Below, piece by piece: positions 20,411-30,610 of a stretch of 64,000 nt of DNA. Positions within the stretch are counted from its first letter, which is position 1. Every line of letters begins with the position of its first letter. The notes under the pieces were generated by a model, which made no database searches, had not been told where the DNA came from, and saw nothing but the letters and a program-made list of their open reading frames with translations. The stretch is from Candidatus Terraquivivens tengchongensis. GTDB taxonomy: Archaea; Thermoproteota; Nitrososphaeria_A; Caldarchaeales; Wolframiiraptoraceae. The stretch is taken from positions 32,001 to 96,000 of the forward strand of contig JALNJZ010000003.1 of assembly GCA_023261845.1 (NCBI GenBank), in the 5' to 3' direction. Position numbers and translations under genes: made by a program.

Positions 20411-21583
20411 CTATCCCTCCTGCCAGTAGACCTCTCCGGGCTCCAAGACCGTTCCAGCTGGAACTCTGCTGTAAGGTGATATGACTGCGCCGAACTCCCT
20501 TCTACCGGCATCGACTAGTTTGCCTGAAACCATGGCCTTGACGGTCTCCTGTCCAACTGCCCTGTATCGTGTGGTGCATCCAGCGCCGAGCAAAGCACCT
20601 TCACCGACGACAGAATAGAATATTACAGAACCATCACCGATTGTAACGTTCTCCAAGATGAGCGAATTGCCTAGCATAACACCATCGCCCACCAAGGCAC
20701 CATCCAATACAACGGTGTACGGTAGGACCGAGGAACCTTTGCCCAGCTTTACGTTTTCGCCTAAGAAACAGGGGCCGAAGAGTTTAGCACCATTCTCTGT
20801 CTCGACGTAAGCGCCCGGCCGCAAGAATTTACCATTCCTAGGTGAATAGTTGTGCTTGGATGAGAGGTATTCTAGGAAAGCGGCGTTAGCGTCCAATAGG
20901 TCCCATGCCCTTCCGATATCGAACCACAGACTATCGCTCACCTTCAGTACGTGTATTTTGTAGCCATCCTCAACGAGTAGGTTCAGTATGTCCGTCAGCT
21001 CATATTCGCCCCTCGCCGACGGCTTAATCTTAGAAAAGTAGTCGACAGACTCTGATGGAAGTATGTATGCGCCGGCATTCACATAGGCCTCGGCGACTTT
21101 CCCCTCAGGTTTTTCTATCACGCACTCCAGAATTCCATCCTTCTCCTTCAACATACCAAAACTACTTGCGTCCTTAACCTTAACGGCCAGCATGACACCA
21201 TCGCAACTACCTTTGCTGAAGGATGAGAGCAGCCTTCCCACAACATCCTCGGTTATCGTTATGTCGCCGTAGATGGTGAGGAAAGAATCCTCGCCCTCTA
21301 GGAAATCTTTACACACGTAAAGAGCGTGGGCTGTACCCAACAACACCTTCTGCGGAATGTACGTTATGTTCATCGGAAGACGTTCCTGTTCAACCACGCG
21401 CTTGATCGATTCGTCCATGTAAGCGACCGTCATGCCTACGTTGACTATTCCGTTGTTGAGGAGAGCCTCAAGTACCCTAATAAGTACGGGCTTATCAACG
21501 AGCGGTAGTAGGTGCTTAGGTCTGAAGCTCGTGAGAGGTCTCAGTCTTTTGCCCAGGCCTGCGGCAAAAACTACGGCCTTCAA
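20411..21583 (-). CDS. Sugar-1-phosphate nucleotidyltransferase with LbH domain (GlmU-like)
   Basis: AAGLGKRLRPLT..RPK, EKP, RGEYELTD, hexapeptide repeats. Confidence 0.9.
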   Translation of the reverse strand: MKAVVFAAGLGKRLRPLTSFRPKHLLPLVDKPVLIRVLEALLNNGIVNVGMTVAYMDESIKRVVEQERLPMNITYIPQKVLLGTAHALYVCKDFLEGEDSFLTIYGDITITEDVVGRLLSSFSKGSCDGVMLAVKVKDASSFGMLKEKDGILECVIEKPEGKVAEAYVNAGAYILPSESVDYFSKIKPSARGEYELTDILNLLVEDGYKIHVLKVSDSLWFDIGRAWDLLDANAAFLEYLSSKHNYSPRNGKFLRPGAYVETENGAKLFGPCFLGENVKLGKGSSVLPYTVVLDGALVGDGVMLGNSLILENVTIGDGSVIFYSVVGEGALLGAGCTTRYRAVGQETVKAMVSGKLVDAGRREFGAVISPYSRVPAGTVLEPGEVYWQEG

Positions 21584-21646
21584 TCGGCTTTACCAAATCT
21601 ACGTCGTTTTAAAGGATATTAAGCTTTAATCTAAAACCTCTACCGC

Positions 21647-22684
21647 ATGAACATAACTTTCGTAGGTCTTGGCCTTGGTCCGAAGCGTTACATCACGGAG
21701 GCAGCACTCGACAGCATCAAGGCTGCGGACGTTGTGTTCCTTGACACGTACACCGGAATCCTTCCTAAAGAAACCGTAGAATTTCTGCGTACGGTCAGCA
21801 AACATTTTGTCCTGGCCGACCGCCGTCTGCTGGAAGATGGTATAGAGACGGTGCTGGCGGAGGCCGCTAAGAAGGATGTAGTCATAGCCGTCCAGGGCGA
21901 CCCGTTCATAGCCACGACGCACGTCTCCATAATGCTCGAAGCACGTAAACGTGGAATCAAATGCAAGATAGTTAACGGTATATCCTCATACTCTGTAGCG
22001 GCAAGCCTATCTGGCCTCCAGGCTTACAAATTCGGCAGGGCCGTTACGTTGCCAGCTGAGGGATGCGTCGAGCATGCGAAGTCTGTCTACGAAAGTATCT
22101 TGGAGAACATGTCCAAAGGCCTGCACACGCTCGTCTTCCTTGACACCAAGGATGGCGGGTTAACCATACCCGTCGCCCTCAAACGTTTGAGAGAATTGGA
22201 AAGCTTACTAAGGAAGGGTTTGGTATCGGACGATAGGCTTGTAGTAGCCCTCGCAAGGTTAGGATATGAAGATGAGCTCATAAAGGCTGGGAGGGTTGCA
22301 GAGATTGCTGCAACGGATTTCCCAGAACCTCCGCACATGCTGATATTTCCCGGCAAGCTACACTTTCTAGAACGTGAGGCACTCATAAGGCTTCTCGGCG
22401 CTCCCCGCGAGTATGTCGAGGCTTACGAGCCGATAAACTATGAAGTAGACAGGGTGAAGCGCTACATCGATACATGCGAGAGGGTTCTGTCCAGCCTATG
22501 TGCCTCTGCTAAGGGGACAAGAGTTAATGACGTGCTGAACGTTGCCAAAAGCTATTTGGATGGTTCAAAATTTTTCCTGAAGTCAGGAGAAATCTTCGAT
22601 TCGCTATCCGCGATATCATACTGCGAAGGTTTGCTCGATGCTCTAAGAATGATGGGCTATGTCGAGTTCGATTGGAGGTTATGA
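21647..22684 (+). CDS. dph5: Diphthine synthase fused to a DUF357 domain
   Basis: GDPFIATTH, GLQAYKFG, GLHTLVFLD, LHFLE; C-terminal 'AISYCEGLLDALR'. Confidence 0.93.
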   Translation: MNITFVGLGLGPKRYITEAALDSIKAADVVFLDTYTGILPKETVEFLRTVSKHFVLADRRLLEDGIETVLAEAAKKDVVIAVQGDPFIATTHVSIMLEARKRGIKCKIVNGISSYSVAASLSGLQAYKFGRAVTLPAEGCVEHAKSVYESILENMSKGLHTLVFLDTKDGGLTIPVALKRLRELESLLRKGLVSDDRLVVALARLGYEDELIKAGRVAEIAATDFPEPPHMLIFPGKLHFLEREALIRLLGAPREYVEAYEPINYEVDRVKRYIDTCERVLSSLCASAKGTRVNDVLNVAKSYLDGSKFFLKSGEIFDSLSAISYCEGLLDALRMMGYVEFDWRL

Positions 22685-24432
22685 TTCTTCGGCTTAAGCG
22701 CCCCAGCTAAGACCTCGGATATGTCTTTTATCTTCGCCTCGCACACTTTGTATAGCTCCTCGTAGACTTTCAGAGCTTGCTCGAGGCACTCGTCGTACGT
22801 CTTTGTGCCTTTGTTGACCATTTCCATAAATTCTTCAACAAACTTTCTTGTATCGGGCGTAACGAGCCTTTCGTCCACACTGGACAAAGCCTCGACAAGC
22901 TTCATGCCCAATTCCGTCGGATAAAAACTCCTGCCCCTCCTCACGGCATAGCCCCTCTCCATCACTATCTTTGGGTACTCAGCACGTGTGGCATCCGTTC
23001 CTATGCCGTTCTTCTCCATGAGCTCCAATAACGCCGATTCCGTGAGCCTCGGCGGAGGTCTGGTTTTATCTTCCTTCAGCTCCGACTTAACAACCTCTAA
23101 GATATCACCAGGCGATAATCTGGGCATGGGTGCATCTTTTGGCATAAAGTACTCGAATATTTCAAAGAACCCTTTCCTTCTAATTACGGCACCCGATGTC
23201 TTTACAACTGCACCTCCCACTCCTATTTCTGCAGAACTCTCCGCAAGCTCGGCGTCGTTGAACAACGTGTTCGCGGCAAACCTCCTCGCTATGTATTCCC
23301 AGACAGTCCTCTTAAGCGAACCATCCTTAGGATATGGCTTTATGGGGTATATTGGAGGATGGGCACCGTCGTCCTTTCTTCCGTTGAGCGGCTCGATCCG
23401 TATTTTCTCCAAGTCTCCGAGCAGCTCCGATAGGTCGGATTGGGCCAAAGCCTCAATGGGTTCTTTGAAGTTAAAGTCGTACCTGAACCTGTTGGTCTCA
23501 GTCCTCGGATAAGAGCAGTAACCCTCAGCATAAAGCTCCTCTGCCACGGAGAGCAGAGTCGCCGCCGATGCTCCTGTTATCTTCGTCAAATCCTTGAGGA
23601 GCGTATCGGTATCGAGGGGTAATGGTCTGCGGATTGTCTTTCTTTCCTCATCATAGGATATGACGTGCCCAGTCTTCTGCCCCTCAACGCTTTTCCAAAC
23701 GGCCTTGGCCCTTTCGGCGTCTTTCATGTTTTCGCTTTTAGCCTCAAACTCCTTGCCGTCTTTCGTTCTGAACTTTATCCGAATGTACCAGAACGGCTCT
23801 GGCGTGAAGGATATTATTTCTTTCTCCCGTTTAACGATAAAGCCCAAAGTGGGCGACTGGCAGGAGCCCCACGATATTAGCCTGACGTTTCGGCGTTTTC
23901 TCGTCTCCTTTGTAAGAAGTCTCGTGAAGGCCGCTCCAGTCACGAGGTCGAAGTGTTGTCTGAGCATAGCTTTCATGACCCAGTTCATGTTTAATGAATC
24001 TTCGAGGTTGTTCCATGCCCTCCAAAGCTCGCCTGGGTTCGTCGAGTTAAACCTCATCCGCTTGTATGACGCTTGGTTACTCTTAGTAGCCCTATAGATT
24101 GAAAGTATCTCATAACCTATAAGTTCGCCTTCTGAATCGTTGTCCGTCGCTACGACGAGCACACCGTCTTTTTTGAAAGCCTTCTCAAGTTCTTTGTAAG
24201 ACCTCTCGTCGGAGACGATGCTTCTAAATTCTCTGACCGAAAATAGCTTGGACGGATCTATGCTGTTCCATTCATAGCCTTCAGGGAAGTCTGCGTTCAG
24301 TACGTGACCCCTAACAGAAGTGACGTAAGCGTTTATGCCTTTACTCTTCAGTAACCTTGCTATGCTCCTTGCAACGCTCGGCTTTTCCGCCACGACTATG
24401 TAGTGATATGTTTCGTCTCCGTTCACGTGCAT
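22657..24432 (-). CDS. topA: Type IA DNA topoisomerase (Topo III-like, no Zn ribbons)
   Basis: AEKPS, DNDSEGE, SYPRTE (catalytic Tyr), AHPPIYP, GIGTDAT. Confidence 0.95.
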   Translation of the reverse strand: MHVNGDETYHYIVVAEKPSVARSIARLLKSKGINAYVTSVRGHVLNADFPEGYEWNSIDPSKLFSVREFRSIVSDERSYKELEKAFKKDGVLVVATDNDSEGELIGYEILSIYRATKSNQASYKRMRFNSTNPGELWRAWNNLEDSLNMNWVMKAMLRQHFDLVTGAAFTRLLTKETRKRRNVRLISWGSCQSPTLGFIVKREKEIISFTPEPFWYIRIKFRTKDGKEFEAKSENMKDAERAKAVWKSVEGQKTGHVISYDEERKTIRRPLPLDTDTLLKDLTKITGASAATLLSVAEELYAEGYCSYPRTETNRFRYDFNFKEPIEALAQSDLSELLGDLEKIRIEPLNGRKDDGAHPPIYPIKPYPKDGSLKRTVWEYIARRFAANTLFNDAELAESSAEIGVGGAVVKTSGAVIRRKGFFEIFEYFMPKDAPMPRLSPGDILEVVKSELKEDKTRPPPRLTESALLELMEKNGIGTDATRAEYPKIVMERGYAVRRGRSFYPTELGMKLVEALSSVDERLVTPDTRKFVEEFMEMVNKGTKTYDECLEQALKVYEELYKVCEAKIKDISEVLAGALKPKNHNLQSNST

Positions 24433-24533
24433 CCAGCCCTATTGACATGAATGCGTGAAATCTTTGCTTTATTACGTTTATGCGTGGAAAGTTTAAACAA
24501 GAAATAAATACTCGCGAAATTTACAGTACGATC

Positions 24534-24896
24534 ATGAGTAGAAGCGAGTCGTGTTATAAATGGGCAGACGTTCCAGAGGATAAGTTAAGACCTGATCTAA
24601 GTAGGAAGGTAATACACGGAGAAAACGTCACGATTGCTATGTTCTCCCTCAAGAAAGGAGCAAAAGTCGATTCGCACAAGTACGTTAACGAGCAGATGAG
24701 TTGTGTCCTTTCTGGAGCTGTTAAGTTCATCATGGCTGATGGAAAGGAGTATGTGTTATCGCAAGGTATGGTGATGCATCTCCCACCAAACGTTGAGCAT
24801 GCTGCCCTAGCATTAGAGGACTCGGTTGTTATGGACGTCTTCAGCCCTCCAAGGGATGATTGGAAAAAAGGCACTGACCAATACTTAAGAAAATAA
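24534..24896 (+). CDS. Cupin domain protein
   Basis: H-x-x-x-x-EQ...PPNVEH...DVFSPPR. Confidence 0.85.
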   Translation: MSRSESCYKWADVPEDKLRPDLSRKVIHGENVTIAMFSLKKGAKVDSHKYVNEQMSCVLSGAVKFIMADGKEYVLSQGMVMHLPPNVEHAALALEDSVVMDVFSPPRDDWKKGTDQYLRK

Positions 24897-24950
24897 AACG
24901 TTTAAAAGAATGCCCCCTCTTTTTCTACATAATAATGGGCGATATCGTTA

Positions 24951-25424
24951 ATGGCCAGCGCTACACAAAAGAAGACTGTCTTAGCTTCTGGTGCCTTTGA
25001 TATTTTGCATCCTGGTCACATAAAGTTTTTGGAAAAAGCGAAGCGAATGGGCGGCAAAAATTCCAGGCTTATAGTGATCGTTGCTAGGGATAAGACAATC
25101 AAAGAAAATAAGGGAAGGGATGCAATCTTCAGCGATAAGGCTAGACTCTCCATAGTTCAAGCCCTGAAGCCTGTGGACAAGGCTGTATTGGGATACCGGC
25201 CGTTCTCCTTTGAAAAGGTAGTCAAGAAGTACAAGCCGGACATCGTAGTCTTTGGTTACGATCAGGTATGGCTCATGAAGCGGTTCAAGGAGCTATGCCG
25301 AAGAAGGAAATGGAACATCAAGGTCAAGGTGCTGAAGAAGTACAACCTCGGAAGCCTTAACAGTAGCTCAGATGTGATAAAGAAGATCAAAAAGCTTCGG
25401 ATACTCAAAAGAAGAGCAAGATAA
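24951..25424 (+). CDS. ribL: FAD synthase (cytidylyltransferase family)
   Basis: SGAFDILHPGH, VIVARD, GYDQ. Confidence 0.85.
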   Translation: MASATQKKTVLASGAFDILHPGHIKFLEKAKRMGGKNSRLIVIVARDKTIKENKGRDAIFSDKARLSIVQALKPVDKAVLGYRPFSFEKVVKKYKPDIVVFGYDQVWLMKRFKELCRRRKWNIKVKVLKKYNLGSLNSSSDVIKKIKKLRILKRRAR

Positions 25425-25593
25425 TACCAGCGATTATCAGCAATATTACCATGAATGCTATCAACCCGCTTGCAATCGAAAAGACGAAAGAAGGCGTCGT
25501 AAGCCAATAGAGAAAAAGTATGCCGAAAACGAGCATGATCGCTCCCAGAATTTTCGTCCATATCGTAACCAGATACGACTTGATTGTACTCAT
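25405..25593 (-). CDS. Small two-TM hypothetical membrane protein
   Basis: Two hydrophobic helices; no recognised family. Confidence 0.55.
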   Translation of the reverse strand: MSTIKSYLVTIWTKILGAIMLVFGILFLYWLTTPSFVFSIASGLIAFMVILLIIAGIILLFF

Positions 25594-25773
25594 GCTTTTC
25601 ACCATCCTTTCGGTACCAGGAATTATATTTACGTTACGCGAGCTTGTGCGGCGTGCGGACAAGATATTATGAGGTTTGATAAATGGATAGTCTCGATGTG
25701 ATATTCTTCATCAAGATACTAAGAAGGGCTAAATACTTCGCTGAACGAAGTGGTTTTCAAAGGTAGATAATAA

Positions 25774-26406
25774 ATGAAAATCCCAGGAATAACGAAAAAA
25801 AGGGATGAGGAAGTAAAGGTAGTAGGTGTGACCGATATGGGCTTTGCCAGGGATAGGCTCATGGACGTTATCACGCAGCTTAAGATCCAAGCGGAGAAGC
25901 TAAACAGAACGTCCCAGAGACTCGCAGCAAGGGGCAAGGAACTGTTCGAGATGTGTGTAAGGGCGGAGCAGGAGAGGGATAAGGGCAGGGCGACGATATA
26001 CGCCAACGAAATAGCTCAGCTCAGGAAGATATCTCGTACGATACTGAAGAGCCAGCTTTCCTTAGAGAAGGTGATCCTAAGACTAGAGACGGTGAAGGAA
26101 TTTGGAGACGTTATGAACGTCCTTGGTCCGGCAACGAGCATAATAAGGCAGGTGCAATCGGAGATTTCTGGCCTAGTCCCAGAGGTTGCCTATAATCTGA
26201 GACAAGTTGACGATATGCTCGAGAGCATAATCGTCGAGGCTGGAAGTGTAACAGGCGCATCCGTCCAGGTTATGGTGAGTGACAGCGAGGCACAGAGGAT
26301 ACTCGAAGAAGCTGCTGAGATAGCTGCTCAGCGCATGAAGAGCACGTTCCCCGACTTGCCGGAAGGTTACAAGCACCTGGAGACCTCGACAGAGCCGAAG
26401 CAGTAG
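25774..26406 (+). CDS. ESCRT-III/Snf7 (CdvB-paralog) protein
   Basis: 'ATIYANEIAQLRK', 'LRLETV..FGD', C-terminal FPDLP. Confidence 0.9.
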   Translation: MKIPGITKKRDEEVKVVGVTDMGFARDRLMDVITQLKIQAEKLNRTSQRLAARGKELFEMCVRAEQERDKGRATIYANEIAQLRKISRTILKSQLSLEKVILRLETVKEFGDVMNVLGPATSIIRQVQSEISGLVPEVAYNLRQVDDMLESIIVEAGSVTGASVQVMVSDSEAQRILEEAAEIAAQRMKSTFPDLPEGYKHLETSTEPKQ

Positions 26407-26534
26407 CCAGTAGCCGACGACACTAATACATCGATAGCCCCGCTACGGTTACGATAAAGCGTAGTATAGAAAGGAAGACGACCTACCAAATACCAAAAAA
26501 TTATGTATATTTACTTATGCTAACATGCTTTTAC

Positions 26535-28130
26535 TTAACATTGTGTTTTCGATGACGATGACCGTCTTTCTAAGACTCCGAGTTTGTAAACATAACCGTC
26601 GACTATAGCGTTTAAACTTGCTTCTAGTATATTTTTTGATACATACGTTGTTGTCCAAGAGGCATCCTTACACATGAACTCTACGAAAACCCTCACAGAT
26701 GCTGCTGTACCGTCTTCGCTGTCTACAACGCTTACCTTGTAGTTAACAAGTTTCGTATCTTTCAACTCTGGGAACTTACTCGATAAGGCCTCCTTAAGGG
26801 CCACATCCAACGCATGAACCGGACCAACACCTTCTCCTATTGCTGCGATAACATTCCCGCCTATGTCTACGGACACTATTGCCCTAGATACGGGACCGTC
26901 TTTGGATTTAGAAGTCTCGACCCACCAGAAAGTTACTTTAAAACATGTGGGGTCTATTCCTAGGGACTTTAGCATCAAGAGCTTCACAGTAGCGTCGGCG
27001 AGTTCAAGATGATATCCTTCAGCCTCCAGCCTCTTTACTTCCTCTAGACATCTTGCCATATCTTGCTTTGATAATTCCAGACCGAGTTCCTTTGCCATAT
27101 TCACAAGTACGGACCTTCCCGAAAGTTCTGACACAGACACTATTCTGCTGTTTCCGACAAGTGTTGGCTCTACGTGCTCGTAACTCCTCGGGTTCTTAAG
27201 CACGGCATCCACGTGCACCCCAGCCTTATGCGCGAATGCATTCCTCCCAGTGTAAGGTTGTCCCAAAATTTCCGGCATGCCTGTAACTTCGTATACATAT
27301 CTCGAGACCTTCGTTAGCATTTTTAGGCCCTCTTTATTCTTAAGAACATCGTACCCCATCTTCAGCTTTAGGTTCGGTATTATTTGACAAAGGTCAGCGT
27401 TCCCACATCTTTCTCCAAGCCCGTTTATAGTTCCTTGTACATGTCTAACACCTGATTCCACGGCAATTAATGTATTAGCAACAGCAAGTCCCGAATCATT
27501 ATGTGTATGCACTCCCGGCTGACAACCAACAATATTCCTGACGTAAGTTGTTATGCTTTTAACATCATTAAATAACGAACCGCCATTTGTATCACAAAGC
27601 ACAATAGTTCTGGCCTTAGAGTCTAATGCTGCTTTAACGACCTCTATGGCATAGTCTTTGTTATCCTTAAACCCATCATAGAAATGTTCCGCATCGAATA
27701 TGACATCCAAGCCATGCTCCCTAAGGTAGTCTATAGTATCAGTAATCAACTGTATGTTCTCTTCTGGTGTACACTTAAGAACTTCTTTAACATGCAGAAT
27801 CCAACTTTTCCCGAATATAACAGCAATCTCCACATCTGCCTTTAGTATAGCATTCAAAGATGGATCATCGTTTACCTTTATGTCCTTTCGTTTTGTGCTA
27901 CTGAACGCGGCTATCTTGCTATTCTTTAAGGATATTTCTTTAACGAATTTAAAGAATTCTTCATCCTTTGGGTTTGAGCCTGGCCATCCTGCCTCGATTA
28001 TATCTACGCCAAGCTCATCTAGCATATTTACTATGTTAAACTTATCTCGAAGGGTAAAAGTAATACCTCTCGTCTGCGCCCCGTCCCTGAGCGTCGTATC
28101 GAGAATTTCAACATAATCGAAACCATTCAC
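26535..28130 (-). CDS. cimA: Citramalate synthase (LeuA-family, Geobacter-type CimA)
   Basis: DTTLRDGAQ, GWPGSNPKD, DAEHFYDG, HTHND, AFAHKAGVH; GTG start. Confidence 0.9.
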   Translation of the reverse strand: MNGFDYVEILDTTLRDGAQTRGITFTLRDKFNIVNMLDELGVDIIEAGWPGSNPKDEEFFKFVKEISLKNSKIAAFSSTKRKDIKVNDDPSLNAILKADVEIAVIFGKSWILHVKEVLKCTPEENIQLITDTIDYLREHGLDVIFDAEHFYDGFKDNKDYAIEVVKAALDSKARTIVLCDTNGGSLFNDVKSITTYVRNIVGCQPGVHTHNDSGLAVANTLIAVESGVRHVQGTINGLGERCGNADLCQIIPNLKLKMGYDVLKNKEGLKMLTKVSRYVYEVTGMPEILGQPYTGRNAFAHKAGVHVDAVLKNPRSYEHVEPTLVGNSRIVSVSELSGRSVLVNMAKELGLELSKQDMARCLEEVKRLEAEGYHLELADATVKLLMLKSLGIDPTCFKVTFWWVETSKSKDGPVSRAIVSVDIGGNVIAAIGEGVGPVHALDVALKEALSSKFPELKDTKLVNYKVSVVDSEDGTAASVRVFVEFMCKDASWTTTYVSKNILEASLNAIVDGYVYKLGVLERRSSSSKTQC

Positions 28131-28246
28131 CTCAAACTTTTGGGCATTATAAATCGATGGATGTATATAAATATTTTTTTGGATATCATGCGGTTCAGCA
28201 TTTATTAGTAAAATTGTAGTAATTGGTGTCAAGAATTTTGAGGGCG

Positions 28247-28651
28247 TTACTTTCTTTTATATTGAACAAGCTCGTACAAGACACCATGAAGATCGTTTGG
28301 GCTCACGAATGCTATAAGCATATTTAGAACTTCGCTTATTGGCTTCTCGCCTACGAATGACATTCCAAGCTTCTTTAGCCTCTCAACTTCTTCCTCTATA
28401 TCGTCAACCTCCACACCGATATGATGTAAGCCCTCGCCCCTTTCTTCAAGCGATCTATAAATATCAGAATCGGAAGATAGGGGTTGCAAAAGCTCTAGTA
28501 TTGTGTTATTGAACTTTATCCAAACGAGCTTCAGCCTCCCTTCATCGATTATATGTTCTCCAACTAGCGAACCATTCAGCAACCTCAAGAAAGTTTCCTT
28601 CGCCCTATCGGCATCTTTTACAACTATGCTAATATGGTGAAGCCTTACCAT
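28247..28651 (-). CDS. VOC family protein, methylmalonyl-CoA epimerase-like
   Basis: HISIVV, ELLQP, GEGLHHIGVEV, HGVLYELVQ. Confidence 0.85.
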   Translation of the reverse strand: MVRLHHISIVVKDADRAKETFLRLLNGSLVGEHIIDEGRLKLVWIKFNNTILELLQPLSSDSDIYRSLEERGEGLHHIGVEVDDIEEEVERLKKLGMSFVGEKPISEVLNMLIAFVSPNDLHGVLYELVQYKRK

Positions 28652-28717
28652 ACGACGTCATGATTGAATGATCCGCACTCTTATTAAGCGTTGCGCTATA
28701 GATGCGTACAAAGGTTG

Positions 28718-29572
28718 CTAACGATGACGAGAGAATATCTTATCTAGCTCCTCATAATCCTCTATACTCATAGACCAGCCTACGGACCCCGCATTCTCTT
28801 TAACGTGCTCGGTTTTCACAGCTTTCGGTATCGCTATCACGCTTGGCCTTCTTGTAACCCAATTTAGAGCTATCTGGGATGATGTCTTTCCGTACTTATC
28901 CGCTAATTTTTGCAGGACGTTCGCCTCACGTCTATCCAAATGCCTTCTGGGTTCTGATAGCTTGCCACGTGCAAGCGGACTGTAAGCGATCACGGTTATT
29001 CTCTCTTTTTCGCAAAAGGGTAGTAAGTCATCCTCTATGCTCCTATCAAGCAGGCTATACTCAACCTGATTCGATACTATCTCCTCCCTAGCAAGAGATG
29101 CCATGGCCTCCTCCATCTCGCTTACCGAAAAGTTGCTCACACCTATGAACCTCACAAGGCCGTCCTTAACCAGCTTCTCCATGGCCCTCATCGTCTCCTT
29201 GATGGGTATTCTCGGGTTTGGCCAATGAACCTGGTAAAGGTCTATTGTCTTGATGTTGAGTCTGCTCAAGCTGGCCTTTGCTGACCTTATCACGGATTCA
29301 TAAGAGAGATGTTCCGGAGATACCTTCGTCGCCACGAAGACCTCGGCCTTTGAATCTGCTATGGCTTTGCCTACGACTTCTTCAGAGTGTCCTGCTCCAT
29401 AAGCTTCGGCCGTGTCTATCAACGTCATGCCCAACTCTATTCCAAGCTTAAGGGCCGCTATGGCTTCAGCATCCCCGCTTTCGTCCCTGCTGTAAAACCC
29501 TCCTATGCCCCAGGTGCCTTGACCCAAGACTGGGACTTTCCATCCCGTCCTACCAAGCTCCCTATGCTCCAC
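28718..29572 (-). CDS. Aldo/keto reductase
   Basis: DTAEAYG, DLYQVHWP, IGVSNF, IPKA. Confidence 0.95.
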   Translation of the reverse strand: MEHRELGRTGWKVPVLGQGTWGIGGFYSRDESGDAEAIAALKLGIELGMTLIDTAEAYGAGHSEEVVGKAIADSKAEVFVATKVSPEHLSYESVIRSAKASLSRLNIKTIDLYQVHWPNPRIPIKETMRAMEKLVKDGLVRFIGVSNFSVSEMEEAMASLAREEIVSNQVEYSLLDRSIEDDLLPFCEKERITVIAYSPLARGKLSEPRRHLDRREANVLQKLADKYGKTSSQIALNWVTRRPSVIAIPKAVKTEHVKENAGSVGWSMSIEDYEELDKIFSRHR

Positions 29573-29609
29573 ACCGAGATTTTGAGCAGGGTAGGATTTT
29601 AGTTTTCGG

Positions 29610-29657
29610 AATTAGTTCAGCACCACGGAAAATTTTTTCCAGCATGCTGAACTAATT
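29610..29657. repeat. Intergenic inverted repeat (13-bp arms plus inner GGAAAA/TTTTCC hairpin)
   Basis: AATTAGTTCAGCA (29610-22) / TGCTGAACTAATT (29645-57). Confidence 0.75.
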
Positions 29658-29700
29658 GGAGCGGTACGCTGTACCCCTGGTACTATGGTCTTATTGTCCT

Positions 29701-30564
29701 CTACTGGACCTTAGCAGCGGATTGTAGTGAAAGGGCCTCCGCATGGGCTTTCTTGAGGAGGTACGGAAGCGTCTCCTTCGTTACGTAAGACACCTCTACA
29801 GCAACGGCGAGCGCTTTCATGTAAGCAAACGCTACAACCTGCGCCGCAGTCTCTTTGCTCACGTAGCCGACGTTCACGGCAAAGTTGAATGCACTCTTTA
29901 TTGCGCTTTCTATATCTTGCTTCACCTTGTCCAAGTCTATGATCAGCTCGTCGCCCGAGTAAATCCTGCCACCCTCGTAAGCTGCATCAATCGTTACTCC
30001 CTTTAGCACGGCCTTTATGTCTAGCTTCATGAGAAGGCTGGCCAGAGCTGACGATATCACATCGCCCTTTTTCGCCACGAGTGTATCTTTAGCTATCCAG
30101 ATGCTGCCGCCATCTATCCTCGTCGGTATCTTCATTTTACCTAACTCGCTCAGTATGGGGCCTGGTGGTATGCCCGTGTTGCACTCCGGAATTACGACGT
30201 CGACATCAGCCTTTTCACCTGCTTTTGCATGCATAAGCACCCTGCTTTTCTGTAGTGTGAGCGCAAGCTTGAACGCCGATACGTTGCTGAATACCAGGCC
30301 GATGGGCTTAAGCTTACCCTCCACGAGACTCTTCAGTTGGGGAATGCCGGCCTTTTCTGCTGCCTTTGCAAAGAGCGTTTTCTTAGTTACCTTAAACACG
30401 GTATCTTGCCTAAGCTTTGCCCTCAATTCATGCAGAACGTTCGCCCTTACGCCCGTAAGCTCGAATACAGCGATCGTTGGATACTTTTTTATGTACTCTA
30501 CAAGCTCGGCTAGCTCATGCTCCTTCCAAGCCTTACCAGCCCTTTTCTTTATAACCAACGCCAA
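29701..30564 (-). CDS. rpl10: 50S ribosomal protein uL10/P0 (no acidic C-terminal tail)
   Basis: KKTLF, NTGIPPGP, position in the L11-L1-L10 operon. Confidence 0.95.
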   Translation of the reverse strand: MALVIKKRAGKAWKEHELAELVEYIKKYPTIAVFELTGVRANVLHELRAKLRQDTVFKVTKKTLFAKAAEKAGIPQLKSLVEGKLKPIGLVFSNVSAFKLALTLQKSRVLMHAKAGEKADVDVVIPECNTGIPPGPILSELGKMKIPTRIDGGSIWIAKDTLVAKKGDVISSALASLLMKLDIKAVLKGVTIDAAYEGGRIYSGDELIIDLDKVKQDIESAIKSAFNFAVNVGYVSKETAAQVVAFAYMKALAVAVEVSYVTKETLPYLLKKAHAEALSLQSAAKVQ

Positions 30565-30610
30565 GCTAGTTCACCGACCTCCCAACGCGCCAGCCCGGTA
30601 CACCTCTTAC

